A DNA stretch of 64,000 bases from Candidatus Latescibacterota bacterium (lineage in GTDB: Bacteria; Latescibacterota; UBA2968; UBA8231): assembly GCA_965223905.1 (NCBI GenBank), contig CBDCXV010000001.1:544001-608000 (forward strand), given 5' to 3'. The translations under genes were made by a program, and so were the position numbers. Position 1 is the first letter of the stretch. The number at the start of each line of letters is the position of its first letter. Under the pieces are notes generated by a model that saw only the letters and a list, made by a program, of their open reading frames with translations, did no database searches and was not told the DNA's origin. Shown piece by piece: positions 53,281-63,503 of this stretch.

Positions 53281-54483
53281 ATGCCGCGCGCCACGTTCGC
53301 CTTCCGCATGACGGCAGCCGCCCTGCTGCTGTCCCCTCCGGGGGCTGCCCCGGCCGAGCAGTCGGCGCCGCCGACGCTGACGATGCGCGTGTACGACGAG
53401 CGCGTGCAGCGCGGCATCGATCTCATCTACAATCTCCGCTTCGAGGAAGCGGACCGCTACTTCGACGGCCTCGTCGCCTCCTACCCGGACAACCCCCTCG
53501 GCTACTTTTTCCGGGCGATGGTGGCCTGGTGGCGGGTGTTGTTAGACCTCGACGACACCTCGCGTGACGAGGCGTTCTACCGGCGCATCGAGGAGTGTAT
53601 CGAGATCTGCGATGCGCGCCTGCGCATCGATGCGGACGACTTCGACGCCATCCTCTTCAAGGGGGGGGCCATCGGCTTTCGCGGGCGCCTGCGCGGCGAC
53701 CGGCGGCAGATGCTGCGGGCGGCGCAGGACGGCCTCCGCAGCCTGCCGCTGCTCGAGCGCAGCCGCAGCATGGAGCCGACCAACAAGGACATCCTGTTCG
53801 GGCAGGGGATCTACAACTACTTCCGCGAGGTGATCCCGCAGAAATACCCGATCGTGCGCGCCGTCACCTGGATGCTGGAGGACGGAGACCGCGAAACCGG
53901 GCTGCGGCAGCTGCAGGAGGTCGCTGCCGGGGGGCGCTACGCCAGGGCGGAGGCGAAGTACTTCCTGGCCCAGATCTACCGCCTCTTCGAGGATGACAAT
54001 GCCAAGGCACTGCCCTATCTCGAGGAGTTGCGCTCCCGCTACCCGGCCAACTCGATCTTCCATCGCTACACCGCCAGGACCTACGTCTCTCTCGGCCGCT
54101 GGGATCGGGCCATGCCCCTGTACGGCGAGGTCGTCGAGCGCAGCGACGCGGGCGACAGGGGCTACCACCGGCGCGCCCATATCGAGGCCCTCTACTACCA
54201 GGGGAATTTCGCCTTCATCCGCAACCGGCTCGCCGAAGTGGTGCCGCCGCTGGCCGCGGCCGACAGCCTCAGCCGCGGTCTGGGCGAGCGTCCGCAGGAC
54301 CAGGAAGCGGGCGGCTACGTGGCGCTGTCCAACCTCTTCCTCGGCATGGCTCTCGACGGTCTGGGTCGCCGCGAGGAGGCGATGGCGCGCTACGGCCGCG
54401 TCCGCGAGCTGCCCGTGCACGGGAACAGCCACGAGCTCGCCGCCGGCTTCGAGGCGAAACCGTACAGCCTGCCGTCGCGGTAG
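53281..54483 (+). CDS. Secreted TPR-repeat protein
   Basis: Signal-peptide-like N-terminus; GIDLIYNLRFEEA, GIYNY, GDRETGLRQL, EAKYFLAQIY, YPANSIF. Start uncertain (53209, 53281 or 53308). Confidence 0.75.
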   Translation: MPRATFAFRMTAAALLLSPPGAAPAEQSAPPTLTMRVYDERVQRGIDLIYNLRFEEADRYFDGLVASYPDNPLGYFFRAMVAWWRVLLDLDDTSRDEAFYRRIEECIEICDARLRIDADDFDAILFKGGAIGFRGRLRGDRRQMLRAAQDGLRSLPLLERSRSMEPTNKDILFGQGIYNYFREVIPQKYPIVRAVTWMLEDGDRETGLRQLQEVAAGGRYARAEAKYFLAQIYRLFEDDNAKALPYLEELRSRYPANSIFHRYTARTYVSLGRWDRAMPLYGEVVERSDAGDRGYHRRAHIEALYYQGNFAFIRNRLAEVVPPLAAADSLSRGLGERPQDQEAGGYVALSNLFLGMALDGLGRREEAMARYGRVRELPVHGNSHELAAGFEAKPYSLPSR

Positions 54484-54550
54484 CCCCGCCGGCACATGCC
54501 TGGAATTTGCTGCTGGGGGCCGGGCCGAGCCCTTGCGGGCAGGGTCGGGC

Positions 54551-54892
54551 GATCCGGGGAGGCCGCATCCGCAGGGACGGCCCCTGTCTCGGGCCAGGTG
54601 GCGCTGCTCAAGCCGACCTGCAAGCTTGGGCGTTTACCCTGACTGAGGGTGATCCCGCAAGGCCGCATCGGCAGGGGACCTCCGGCCCGGGTGGCGTTGC
54701 GGGAGCCGGTCTGGGGGCTCGGGCGTTCCCATGCACTGACCGCGGACGATTCGGCGAGCCTTCCCGGCAAAGGGACGGGCCCTTGTCCTCCGGCCGGGGT
54801 GGGCTGCTCAGAGCCGATCTGCAGGCCCTGGCGGTTCAATGCCAATGACGGGGCGCGTTCCGGCGAGGCCGTTTCTGCACGGGACGGCCCGA
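54551..54892. repeat. Degenerate ~100-bp tandem repeat, about 3.4 copies, non-coding
   Basis: Units start near 54551, 54651, 54748 and 54857, with shared blocks GAGGCCG, GGGACGG(G)CCC, GGTGG(C)GCTGCTCA(G)AGCCGAnCTGCA and GGGCGTT. Confidence 0.65.
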
Positions 54893-54916
54893 GTCCGCTG
54901 AGTTTCCCGCCTCTCT

Positions 54917-55477
54917 TCAGGCCAGGGCCTCCCATTGCCTCAGGATCTCGAACAGCACCACCGCGCAGGCGCTGGCGACGTTGAGCGAGTTCTTGAAACC
55001 GAAGACCGGTATCTCGACGAGCTCGTCGCAGGCGCGCAGCACCTCCTCGCCGACGCCGAGGGCCTCGTTGCCGAGGACCAGGGCGACGGGGCGGGGGTAC
55101 TGCACTTCCGTATAGGCTCGGCTCCGGGAGGTCGTCTCCAGGGCCCAGACCGGGGTTCCCGCCCGCTGCAGCTCCTCGACCGCGAGCAGCGCCGAGTCCC
55201 TGTGGGAGGTCTCGACGTAGTCGAGGGTGCCGAGGGCGGTTTTCTCCAGCCGTGGGTGCGGCGGATGGGCGGTGTAGCCGCAGGTGATCACGCGCTCGAT
55301 GCGGGCGGTGTCTGCGGTGCGGAAGATCGAGCCGACGTTGAAGGCGCTGCGCAGGTTGTCGAGGACGAGGGTGACGGGAAACTTCGGCAGCTGCCGGTAC
55401 TCCTCCGGCGGCAGCGGCGAGTCGCGGCTGCGGACCTCGAACCGCGTCTCCTCCCAACCCTCCTCCCGGCGCGGCAA
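54917..55477 (-). CDS. SpoU/TrmH-family RNA methyltransferase
   Basis: LDNLRSAFNVGSIFRTAD, LVLGNEALGV, EIPVFGFKNSLNVA. Confidence 0.93.
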   Translation of the reverse strand: MPRREEGWEETRFEVRSRDSPLPPEEYRQLPKFPVTLVLDNLRSAFNVGSIFRTADTARIERVITCGYTAHPPHPRLEKTALGTLDYVETSHRDSALLAVEELQRAGTPVWALETTSRSRAYTEVQYPRPVALVLGNEALGVGEEVLRACDELVEIPVFGFKNSLNVASACAVVLFEILRQWEALA

Positions 55478-55486
55478 CCCGGCCTC

Positions 55487-56530
55487 TCAGGAAAGGGTGA
55501 CCGCTTCCCCCCGCGCCGCGGATTCGGCCGCGGCTTCGAGGACGCGCACCACTTCGTGGACGCTTTCGCAGGTGACCGCGGGTTCCTCCCGCCCGAGGAT
55601 GGCGGCGCCGACGTTCTCGTAGTAGCTGCGCCAGCGGCCCGGGACCGGCTCGACCGCAGTCTGCCGGGTCTTGCCGCCGCAGTCGCGGAAGAGGCTGGCG
55701 CCGTCGCGCGGCGAGGGGCGGGCGGCGTCGATGTCGCCCGCCTTCATCGCCTCTTCCTGGGGGTCGAAGCCGCGCTGGATCAGGGTGCCCTCGCTGCCGG
55801 TGAGGAACCAGCGCCGTTTCGGCACCCTGGCGACCGAGGAGGTGGTCACCTGCGCCAGGACCCCGTTGGCGAAGGTCAGGAGGCAGTGGGCGTGATCCTC
55901 GACGTCGTTGTCGTGGACACCGGAGCAGAACTGGGCGTACACCCGCTCGACCGGGGCGCCGGCCAGCTGCAGGGCCTGGTCGACGAGGTGGGAGCCGAGG
56001 TCGATCCAGCGGCCGCCCCCGCGGGCCGCCTCGCTGCGCCAGGTGCGTGGTTTCCTCGGGTCGTTCCAGGAGGTTTCGAGGGAGACCAGTTCGCCGACCG
56101 CCCCTTCCTCGAGGGCCTTCCGTATGGTGAGGAAATCCCGGTCCCAGCGCCGGTTCTGAAAGCAGGTCAGGAGCCGGCCGCTGTCCCTGGCCGCGGCGAT
56201 CATGCTCTTGGATTCCCCGGCATTCAGGGCCATCGGCTTGTCGGTGACGACGTGCTTGCCCGCGGCGAGCGCGGCGAGCGCCTGCGGCGCGTGCAGGTCG
56301 TTCGGGGTCGCCAGCACCACGAGGTCGACCCGGTCGTCGGCGAGGGCCTCCTCGAGACGGGCGAAACGGCGCGCCCCCAGCTTCTCGATCTCGCGGCGCA
56401 CCCCGGGGCGGCGGCTGACGACGCCGTAGAGATTGAGCTCCGGGGCGAGCCCGATCAGGTAGCAGTGGAACAACCGCCCGGCGACTCCGAACCCGACGAC
56501 GACGGCGTTGATGGAAGGGGATGGGGGCAT
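55487..56530 (-). CDS. Gfo/Idh/MocA oxidoreductase (YdgJ/IolW-like)
   Basis: VGFGVAGRLFH, ATPNDLH, HVVTDKP, FQNRRWD.DF, DLGSHLVDQA, DPQE. Confidence 0.9.
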   Translation of the reverse strand: MPPSPSINAVVVGFGVAGRLFHCYLIGLAPELNLYGVVSRRPGVRREIEKLGARRFARLEEALADDRVDLVVLATPNDLHAPQALAALAAGKHVVTDKPMALNAGESKSMIAAARDSGRLLTCFQNRRWDRDFLTIRKALEEGAVGELVSLETSWNDPRKPRTWRSEAARGGGRWIDLGSHLVDQALQLAGAPVERVYAQFCSGVHDNDVEDHAHCLLTFANGVLAQVTTSSVARVPKRRWFLTGSEGTLIQRGFDPQEEAMKAGDIDAARPSPRDGASLFRDCGGKTRQTAVEPVPGRWRSYYENVGAAILGREEPAVTCESVHEVVRVLEAAAESAARGEAVTLS

Positions 56531-56746
56531 GGGGGCCGTGGTTTATTGCATTGGCCGCGAAAAGCGGCAATGTTACGCGCCCTGATGGCAGCCGGCAAGC
56601 GGATGACACCCTCCCTGGACCGAAGCCGCCAGTCGCCTCGCGAAGTTCAACCGGGCCCGCTGCGGGAACATCCGCGGAGGAAGGGGCATCCTACTTGAGC
56701 AGCGACCGGGCCATGCCCGGCTTTCGCCGGGACCGCGCAGACCGCC

Positions 56747-58123
56747 TTGATTCAGAATAAGAGAACCGTTCGCCTCAACGCGCTCATAATCTGTCTCGCC
56801 GCCCTCCTCGAGACCGGCTGCGGCGCCGCCTATTCCGGCTTCATGAAGGCGCCCCTGAAGCGGCTGGAAGGGCGCGACTACGAGGGGGCCCTGGCCAAGC
56901 TGCAAAAACCGGCCGGGGACACCGACAAGCTGCTGTACCGGCTGGAGCGCGGGCTCATCCTTCACTACCAGGGGGAGTACGAAGCATCCGACAGGCAGTT
57001 CGAGAAGGCGGAGCGGCTGATCGACAAGCATTACACGCGCTCCGTGGTGCGGGAGGTGGGAGCCTTCCTTACCAACGACGCGATCCGCGCCTACAGCGGC
57101 GAGGAGTACGAGCGCGCCCTGATCCATTATTACCGCGCCCTGAACAGCCTGAATCTCGGAGACACCGAGAACGCCCTGGTCGAATGCCGCAAGGCCAATC
57201 TCAGGCTGCAGGACTTCGCCGCCGCAGCCGAGTACGAGCTCACCTACAGGAACGACGCCTTCCTGCAGTATCTGACCGGTCTCCTGTACGAGGCCGAGGG
57301 GGAGTGGAACGACGCCTACATCTCCTACCGGGACGCGCTCAAGGGATACAGGGCGTACCGCGAGACCTTCGGGACAAGGATGCCCTCGGCCCTGCAGCGG
57401 GACATCACCGAGTTGGCCATGGCCCTGGGATACGAGGAGGACGTCGAGGAGTACAGCGAGCGCTTTGACTTGCAGCCTGAGGATCTGCGGCAACCGCAGG
57501 GGGTCGAGGTCATCGTCTTCGCCGAAAGCGGATTCATCGCCCGCAAGCACCAGCGCGAGATCTCGATGCCGATCCTCGAGGAGGACGACGGCCCCGTGTG
57601 GGAGGTTTCGGAAAAGGCCGTACATCGCTACCATCACCCCCGCCGCTACCGCAAGGTCGACTACTGGCTGCGCGTCGCCCTGCCGGAGTACGTGCCGGTA
57701 CGCTCCCAGGTCGCCGGGGTCAGGCTGTCGGGGGCCGGCAACAGCGTACAAGGGGTGCTGATGGAGAACCTGGACGCCATCGCGATCAAGAGCTTCGAGG
57801 AGAAGGAGAGGACGGTCCTGCTGCGGACCGCCGCCCGCGCCCTTGCCAAATACCTGGCCGTCAAGAAGATAGAAGAGGAGAGTTCGGTTCTGGGGGCGGT
57901 CTTCAACCTCTTCGGATCTTCGGTCGAGGCGGCCGACACCCGCGGCTGGCTGTCCCTGCCGAAAACGATATGGATGGTGCGCGTGTGGTTGCCGCCGGGA
58001 ACCGCGGACCTCGATCTGGAGTTTCTCAATGCTGGGGGGCGAGTCGTCGACAGCCATCGCTTCGAGCGGATCGAGCTTCAGGGCAGCGGCCCGGTTGTGC
58101 TCAGCCACCGCAGCTTTAAGTGA
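56747..58123 (+). CDS. COG3014-like lipoprotein
   Basis: Lipobox-like ETGC; LERG, TND...YSGEEYE, ALVECR, EAADTRGWLSLP. Confidence 0.8.
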   Translation: MIQNKRTVRLNALIICLAALLETGCGAAYSGFMKAPLKRLEGRDYEGALAKLQKPAGDTDKLLYRLERGLILHYQGEYEASDRQFEKAERLIDKHYTRSVVREVGAFLTNDAIRAYSGEEYERALIHYYRALNSLNLGDTENALVECRKANLRLQDFAAAAEYELTYRNDAFLQYLTGLLYEAEGEWNDAYISYRDALKGYRAYRETFGTRMPSALQRDITELAMALGYEEDVEEYSERFDLQPEDLRQPQGVEVIVFAESGFIARKHQREISMPILEEDDGPVWEVSEKAVHRYHHPRRYRKVDYWLRVALPEYVPVRSQVAGVRLSGAGNSVQGVLMENLDAIAIKSFEEKERTVLLRTAARALAKYLAVKKIEEESSVLGAVFNLFGSSVEAADTRGWLSLPKTIWMVRVWLPPGTADLDLEFLNAGGRVVDSHRFERIELQGSGPVVLSHRSFK

Positions 58124-58136
58124 GAAGGACGAGATC

Positions 58137-58982
58137 ATGAGAAGACGTACCGCAGTTCTCGCGCTGGTTGCCGGGGCCGTCTCCGCGGCTTCACCCACCG
58201 AACCGGGGGCCGCCCTGCAGGGAGCCGCCGCCCGCGTTCTCGACGAAGGGGCGGTCTACAACATCATCGACTGGGACGGCGGGCCCCTGCCGCCGATCTA
58301 CGAGCGCTCCGACCAGCTGCCGATAACCCTCGAAGACGTGAGCAAGCTCGTCGCCGGCAAGTTCAGCGACACGGCCATCGTCAACATGCTGAAGCAGCGG
58401 CGATGCGCCTGCGACGCCTCCGTCGATGCCCTGATCGAGCTCCGCGAAACAGGGGTGTCCGAGACCGTGCTGGAGGCGCTGTCGCTGCACGCCCTGCCCC
58501 CGAACCGCTACGTCGATCTGACCATAACGCTCGATTTCGAGGGGCTCGGCGGGGAAAAGGGGGTGTCGACTCAGGCACGCCGGGGATACCTCTACCTCAT
58601 CGTCCCGGACGGCGGGCGGGAGCGCGTCTTTTTCGGTAACTTGCAGGCGATTCTCGCCGGCAGCTGGCAGCGGGACGAGCTCGTGGACCGCACCGACCTG
58701 CTGCTGCCGAAGAAGGTGCGCCGCGTGACCTTCACCGCGCGCGTGCCGCTCAAGAAGCACGAGACCAAGAAAGCGCTCGTGTTCGCCTCGACCAAGCCGG
58801 ACATCTACACATCCGCCGACATTCCGGCCGCCGATCGGAAACAGGCGATGGAATTCACCTTCGACTACCCTTCGAGCTCGCTGCAGCAGTCGTGCCGGCT
58901 GCAGGTGCTGTACCGGCAGGACAGCATGCTGCCGGACCGCTGGCATCTGCAGCGGTCGCACTTCGACTGCGAGTGGGACTGA
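58137..58982 (+). CDS. Hypothetical secreted protein
   Basis: SD GAAGGA before ATG 58137; signal peptide; helical segment DALIELRETGVSETVL; coding-like codon pattern within the operon. Confidence 0.75.
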   Translation: MRRRTAVLALVAGAVSAASPTEPGAALQGAAARVLDEGAVYNIIDWDGGPLPPIYERSDQLPITLEDVSKLVAGKFSDTAIVNMLKQRRCACDASVDALIELRETGVSETVLEALSLHALPPNRYVDLTITLDFEGLGGEKGVSTQARRGYLYLIVPDGGRERVFFGNLQAILAGSWQRDELVDRTDLLLPKKVRRVTFTARVPLKKHETKKALVFASTKPDIYTSADIPAADRKQAMEFTFDYPSSSLQQSCRLQVLYRQDSMLPDRWHLQRSHFDCEWD

Positions 58983-59001
58983 AAGACAAGAGGAGCTACC
59001 G

Positions 59002-59607
59002 ATGAGTCGCTGGACGAAAACAGGCCTCGCCCTGGCGGGCCTTGCCGCATTGCTGTCGGCCTGCGCCGGGCCGCGCGCTTTCACCCGGGGAGAATACGGC
59101 GACCCCGAAGAGATCAGCATGCTCGACGACCGCTGGAACCAGAACGACATGCAGCTGGTCGCCAAGACTATGATCAACTCGCTCGAGGCGTGGGAAAAGA
59201 CCGCGGCAACGGAGGGCAAGCCGCTCATCATTCTCGAAAGGCCCAAGAACCGCACCCCCGAGCGCATCGACATGGGGGCGCTCTACGATCACGTCAAAAC
59301 GGCGCTGATCCAGAGCGGCCGCTTCGGATTCCTCGACAAGGGGGCCCGGCTGGAGATCGCCGAGGAGTACGAGTACCAGCAGTCGGGGTACGTCGACCCG
59401 GACGAGGCGAAAGGTCCGGGGAACCAGAAGGCGGCCGGGTTTCTGCTCGGGGGCGTGATCACCTCCAACGTGCAGCAGGTCGGGCCCAACAAGGCGGTGT
59501 ACTACAAGGCGACCTTCGAGTTGACGGACATCGAGACCTCGGAGATCCTGTGGACGGATCACGAGGAGATCGTCAAGCACTTCAAGAAGAAGAGCATCGG
59601 ACTGTGA
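59002..59607 (+). CDS. lpoB: Penicillin-binding protein activator LpoB-like lipoprotein
   Basis: Lipobox LSAC; D....AKTMINSL, NRTPERID, SGRFGF.D, EYEYQQSG, L.DIETSEILW. Confidence 0.82.
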   Translation: MSRWTKTGLALAGLAALLSACAGPRAFTRGEYGDPEEISMLDDRWNQNDMQLVAKTMINSLEAWEKTAATEGKPLIILERPKNRTPERIDMGALYDHVKTALIQSGRFGFLDKGARLEIAEEYEYQQSGYVDPDEAKGPGNQKAAGFLLGGVITSNVQQVGPNKAVYYKATFELTDIETSEILWTDHEEIVKHFKKKSIGL

Positions 59608-59651
59608 GGACGCCGCTACTCACGGCCTCCGTTGCCGGAAGGGGACCTACC

Positions 59652-60254
59652 ATGCAGAGGCATGTGCCATTTTCACAACGCGTTGTCCCGGTGCGCGCCC
59701 TGATCCGCCTGGGGCTGGCCGGGCTTCTGGTCGCCGGCGCCGCTTCCGCCGAGCCCGAACCGGGGCGCACCGACGGAGAAGAGGGGAGCGAGTACGGCAA
59801 GGGGGGCTACCCGTACTACGGACGCCTGGGGCAGTTCTACGCCGAGGGGTTCTTCGGCGCCGCCATGGTCGACATCGACCCGGAGGACGAGGAGGAGGCC
59901 GAGGTTTCCAGCACCGATCTGATGTCCGGTCTCTACCTCGGCTACAAGATCGAGGAGTGGCTGTCCTTCCAGGTCGGATACGGCCGCATCGCCGGCGACT
60001 CCGCTGCGGACCTGTTCAGCGCCGGGATGCGGAACTCCCTCGACCTGAGGCCGTTCAACTACTTCTTCTCCCTCGACTCCGAGCTCTACTCCCCCTCCGG
60101 GGACGTCAGGTTCGGCATCGTGCCCGGGGCCGGGGCGGAGATGTTCATCGGCGACCGCGTGCAGGTGGGGCTGCGCTACCAGCGCGACTTCATCTTTGCC
60201 GACGACGACATCTCCATCAACCGCTTTTCCGCGCGGGTGCAGGTCAACTTCTGA
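59652..60254 (+). CDS. Small outer-membrane beta-barrel protein
   Basis: SD GGAGGGG, signal peptide, amphipathic strands, C-terminal ..ARVQVNF (BAM signal). Confidence 0.75.
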   Translation: MQRHVPFSQRVVPVRALIRLGLAGLLVAGAASAEPEPGRTDGEEGSEYGKGGYPYYGRLGQFYAEGFFGAAMVDIDPEDEEEAEVSSTDLMSGLYLGYKIEEWLSFQVGYGRIAGDSAADLFSAGMRNSLDLRPFNYFFSLDSELYSPSGDVRFGIVPGAGAEMFIGDRVQVGLRYQRDFIFADDDISINRFSARVQVNF

Positions 60255-60273
60255 GCTACCGGCAGGCTTCGAG

Positions 60274-60317
60274 AAAAAAGGGGGGGATCCGGAATTCCGG
60301 GTCCCCCCTTCGTTTTT
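60274..60317. terminator. Bidirectional intrinsic terminator
   Basis: AAAAAA-GGGGGGGATCCGG-AATT-CCGGGTCCCCCC-TTCGTTTTT between convergent genes. Confidence 0.85.
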
Positions 60318-60334
60318 CAACGAGGCCGGCCGGC

Positions 60335-60991
60335 TCAGCCGGCGACCATGCCGGCGAAGTAGCGGTGGACGGCGCTGTCCGGGGTGAGCTCGGGATGGAA
60401 GCTCGCGGCGAGCACGTTGCCGCTGCGGGCCATGACGACCTCGCCGCGGCAATGGGCAAGGGGCGCGACTTCTGCTCCCAGGCGCAGGATCCGCGGCGCG
60501 CGGATGAAGACCATCGGCAGGTCGCGGTCGCGGCCGTTGGCGGCGCAGGTGCCGACCGCCTCGAAGCTCTCGCGCTGGCGGCCGTAGCTGTTGCGCTCGA
60601 CGGTCACGTCGATGGCGGCGAGCGATTTCTGAGCGGGGTTGACGACTTCGGCGGCGAGCAGGATGAGTCCGGCGCAGGTGCCGAACACGGGGCGGCCGGA
60701 GTCGATGAAGGCGCGCAACGGCTCCCAGAAGCCCCATGCATCCATCAGCTTGATCAGGGTCGTGCTTTCCCCGCCGGGAAGGATCAGGCCGTCGACGGCG
60801 TCGAGCTGCGACGGCTGCTTGACGATGGCGGAATCGGCGCCGACGTCGCCGAGGGCGCGTGCGTGTGCGGCGAAGTCCCCCTGCAGCCCGAGGACCCCGA
60901 TCAGCCCCCGGTGGGGCAGATCACCTGGGTCGTTCACTTGGAAAGCGGCCGGTTGCAGGCGGCTGCCGCCGGGTGCCGGTGCGGCTACCAC
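60335..60991 (-). CDS. pdxT: Pyridoxal 5'-phosphate synthase glutaminase subunit
   Basis: [37 protein letters not shown]. Alternative GTG start at 60937. Confidence 0.96.
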   Translation of the reverse strand: MVAAPAPGGSRLQPAAFQVNDPGDLPHRGLIGVLGLQGDFAAHARALGDVGADSAIVKQPSQLDAVDGLILPGGESTTLIKLMDAWGFWEPLRAFIDSGRPVFGTCAGLILLAAEVVNPAQKSLAAIDVTVERNSYGRQRESFEAVGTCAANGRDRDLPMVFIRAPRILRLGAEVAPLAHCRGEVVMARSGNVLAASFHPELTPDSAVHRYFAGMVAG

Positions 60992-61890
60992 CCGCGCGTT
61001 TGCAGCAGCTGCCCGTCTTCCAGCGAGCCGATCTCGATACCGGGCATGGCCTCGCCGAGCTCCTCGGAGACCCGCGCCAGCACCTGCGGATCGAGGTAGT
61101 GGGTCGTCGCCTCGACGATCGCCTTGGCTCGCTTCGGCGGGTCGCTCGATTTGAAGACACCGGAGCCGACGAAGATCGCCTCGGCGCCGAGCTGCATCAT
61201 CAGCGACGCGTCCGCCGGGGTGGCGACGCCTCCTGCGGCGAAGTTGGGGACCGGCAGCTTGCCGTCCGCGGCGACCATGCGGACGAGCTCGTACGGCCCC
61301 CCGAGCTCCTTGGCCGCGGTCATCAGCTCCTCCGGCCCCAGGGTGGTCAGGCGGCGCATCTCGCCGACGACGGAGCGCATGTGGCGGACGGCCTCGACGA
61401 TGTTGCCGGAACCGGCCTCGCCCTTGGTGCGGATCATGGCCGCCCCCTCGCCGATGCGGCGCAGGGCTTCTCCGAGGTTGCGGGCCCCGCAGACGAAGGG
61501 GACCTCGAAGGCGAACTTGTCGACGTGGAAATGCTCGTCGGCGGGGGTCAGGACCTCGCTTTCGTCGATGTAGTCGACGCCGACCGACTGCAGCACCTGG
61601 GCTTCGGCGAAATGGCCGATGCGTACCTTGGCCATGACCGGAATCGTTACCGACTCCATGATCTCGCGGATCTTGCGGATGCTCGCCATGCGGGCGACCC
61701 CGCCCTCCTTGCGGATATCGGCGGGGACGCGCTCCAGGGCCATCACCGATGTCGCGCCTGCGTCCTCGGCGATGCGGGCCTGGTCGGCGTCGGTGACATC
61801 CATGATGACGCCCCCCTTGAGCATTTCGGCGAGGCCCGTCTTGAGGCGGAAGGTTCCCGATGCCGGCTGTCCGTTGGTCTTGTCGTCCAT
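60985..61890 (-). CDS. pdxS: Pyridoxal 5'-phosphate synthase lyase subunit
   Basis: [47 protein letters not shown]. Confidence 0.98.
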   Translation of the reverse strand: MDDKTNGQPASGTFRLKTGLAEMLKGGVIMDVTDADQARIAEDAGATSVMALERVPADIRKEGGVARMASIRKIREIMESVTIPVMAKVRIGHFAEAQVLQSVGVDYIDESEVLTPADEHFHVDKFAFEVPFVCGARNLGEALRRIGEGAAMIRTKGEAGSGNIVEAVRHMRSVVGEMRRLTTLGPEELMTAAKELGGPYELVRMVAADGKLPVPNFAAGGVATPADASLMMQLGAEAIFVGSGVFKSSDPPKRAKAIVEATTHYLDPQVLARVSEELGEAMPGIEIGSLEDGQLLQTRGW

Positions 61891-61994
61891 TGCTGAAATC
61901 CCCTTAAGTGACTGCGAGAGTGTAGTTCACGACTTCCGGGTGAAACGGGCGAAGAAGATACTCCACACCCCTGAGAGGCGCAAAATCCCAGCCG

Positions 61995-63503
61995 CTACTG
62001 CAGCTGCGGAGGATCCTCCCGCCCCCCGGGGCCGGCAGGCTTCCCGGAAGAGCGGCCGCGGGCGGTGCGCCACAGATTGCGGCACAGCTCCCAGGCCAGC
62101 AGCCGCATCCCGATCAGCGTGGCCGCGAGCCAGGCCAGGGCTCCTGCGGCACAGACGGTCAGTGCGTCGCCGGTCGCGAGATTGCGCACCGCCACCAGGA
62201 CTGCCAGCACCAGGGCCGTGACTCCTGCCGGCCGCGCCAGGGCACCGATGAAGTCTGCGAAGGTCAGACCGATCAGGCGGTTGGTCAGGTGCTGCGACAG
62301 GAGGAGAAAGAGGAAAGCGGTCCCGGCGATGGCCGCGGCGGCCCAGGCGACGCCGTGGGAGACGCACAGGAAGAGCACCGGAAGCAGCACCGCGAGACTG
62401 AAGAGCGACCAGTACAGAAGCCAGTTGGACCTGCCCTTGGCGAGGAATATCGAGCCGGCCGCGGAGCCGGCCGCTTTCAACAGGGCCGCGGCGGCGAGCA
62501 GTTGCAGCGGCAGGGCCGCCGGACCGAGATCGCGCCCGTCGATCCGCCTCAGCAGCTCGAGCGCCTCGGGAGCGAAGACGAAGATCGCCAGCAGCGGCCA
62601 GAAGAAGAGGGCGATCGACTGCACCGTTTGCAGATAGGCGCGCCGCAGCAGCGCGTCGTCTTCCTGGATGGCGGAGAAGGTCGGAAAGAAAACGCGCATG
62701 ACGACGGTGGATATCCGCACCAGCGGCATCAGGGTGAGCCGATGGGCGAAGCGGTAGTACCCCAGCGCGGTTTCCCCGAGAAGGGGGAAGATGACGAACC
62801 CGGCGAGGTTGTGGCCGGCGTAGTTGAGGCAGCGAGAGCCGGTCAGGTTGATCCCGAAGCGAAGCAGGTCGCGAAGGGCGGCCAGCCGGAAGCGGAGCCT
62901 CGGCGTCCAGGAGCTCGCGCGCCACAATCCCGCCAGCAGCGCCAGCTCGCGCACCACGGCGCTGAAAACGGCGCTCATGACACCGTACTGGCGCAGCAGG
63001 AGGATGGCCGCGGCGGTATAGAGCAGGATGGAGAACGCCTCGGCCGCGGCCATCTGGCGAAAGCGGAGGTCCTTTTGCAGCCGGCCGCGAAAGACGCCGG
63101 AGACCGCGGCGAACGGCACCAGCAGAACCAGGACCCGGGTGACGCGGGCGAACTGCTCCGGATCGGCGGCGCCGCTCAGGCGCGCCAGTTGCGGGGCCGT
63201 GGCGGCGACCGCCGCGGTCAGGGCCGCACCGGCGGCGAGGGTGGTCCAGAAGGCGGAGTCGAAATGCTCTTCGGAGGCGTTGCGGTGCTGCACCAGCGCC
63301 GACCCCAGGCCCAGGTCGGCGACCAGCGCGAGAACCATCACGACAATCAGGGCGTACTCGAAGCGCCCCATCTCCTCGGTCGGGATGAAGGCGTAGAACA
63401 GCACCCCGATGAACAGCTGCAGGGCGAAGGGGCTGGCCGTCCACAACACTCCGCGCAGAACGCGCGTCGACAGGGGGCCCTCGCGGCCGGACTCTACAGA
63501 CAC
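61995..63503 (-). CDS. Polysaccharide flippase (WzxC-like / lipopolysaccharide biosynthesis protein)
   Basis: RGVLWT, DLGLGSALVQ, SAFW, LQKDLRF, ALGYY, VFFPTFS; many TM segments. GTG start at 63503 inferred. Confidence 0.88.
   Translation of the reverse strand: MSVESGREGPLSTRVLRGVLWTASPFALQLFIGVLFYAFIPTEEMGRFEYALIVVMVLALVADLGLGSALVQHRNASEEHFDSAFWTTLAAGAALTAAVAATAPQLARLSGAADPEQFARVTRVLVLLVPFAAVSGVFRGRLQKDLRFRQMAAAEAFSILLYTAAAILLLRQYGVMSAVFSAVVRELALLAGLWRASSWTPRLRFRLAALRDLLRFGINLTGSRCLNYAGHNLAGFVIFPLLGETALGYYRFAHRLTLMPLVRISTVVMRVFFPTFSAIQEDDALLRRAYLQTVQSIALFFWPLLAIFVFAPEALELLRRIDGRDLGPAALPLQLLAAAALLKAAGSAAGSIFLAKGRSNWLLYWSLFSLAVLLPVLFLCVSHGVAWAAAAIAGTAFLFLLLSQHLTNRLIGLTFADFIGALARPAGVTALVLAVLVAVRNLATGDALTVCAAGALAWLAATLIGMRLLAWELCRNLWRTARGRSSGKPAGPGGREDPPQLQ

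Noticed and set aside
54551-54892. CRISPR array
   Set aside because: No identical short repeats with unique spacers, and no cas genes in the window.
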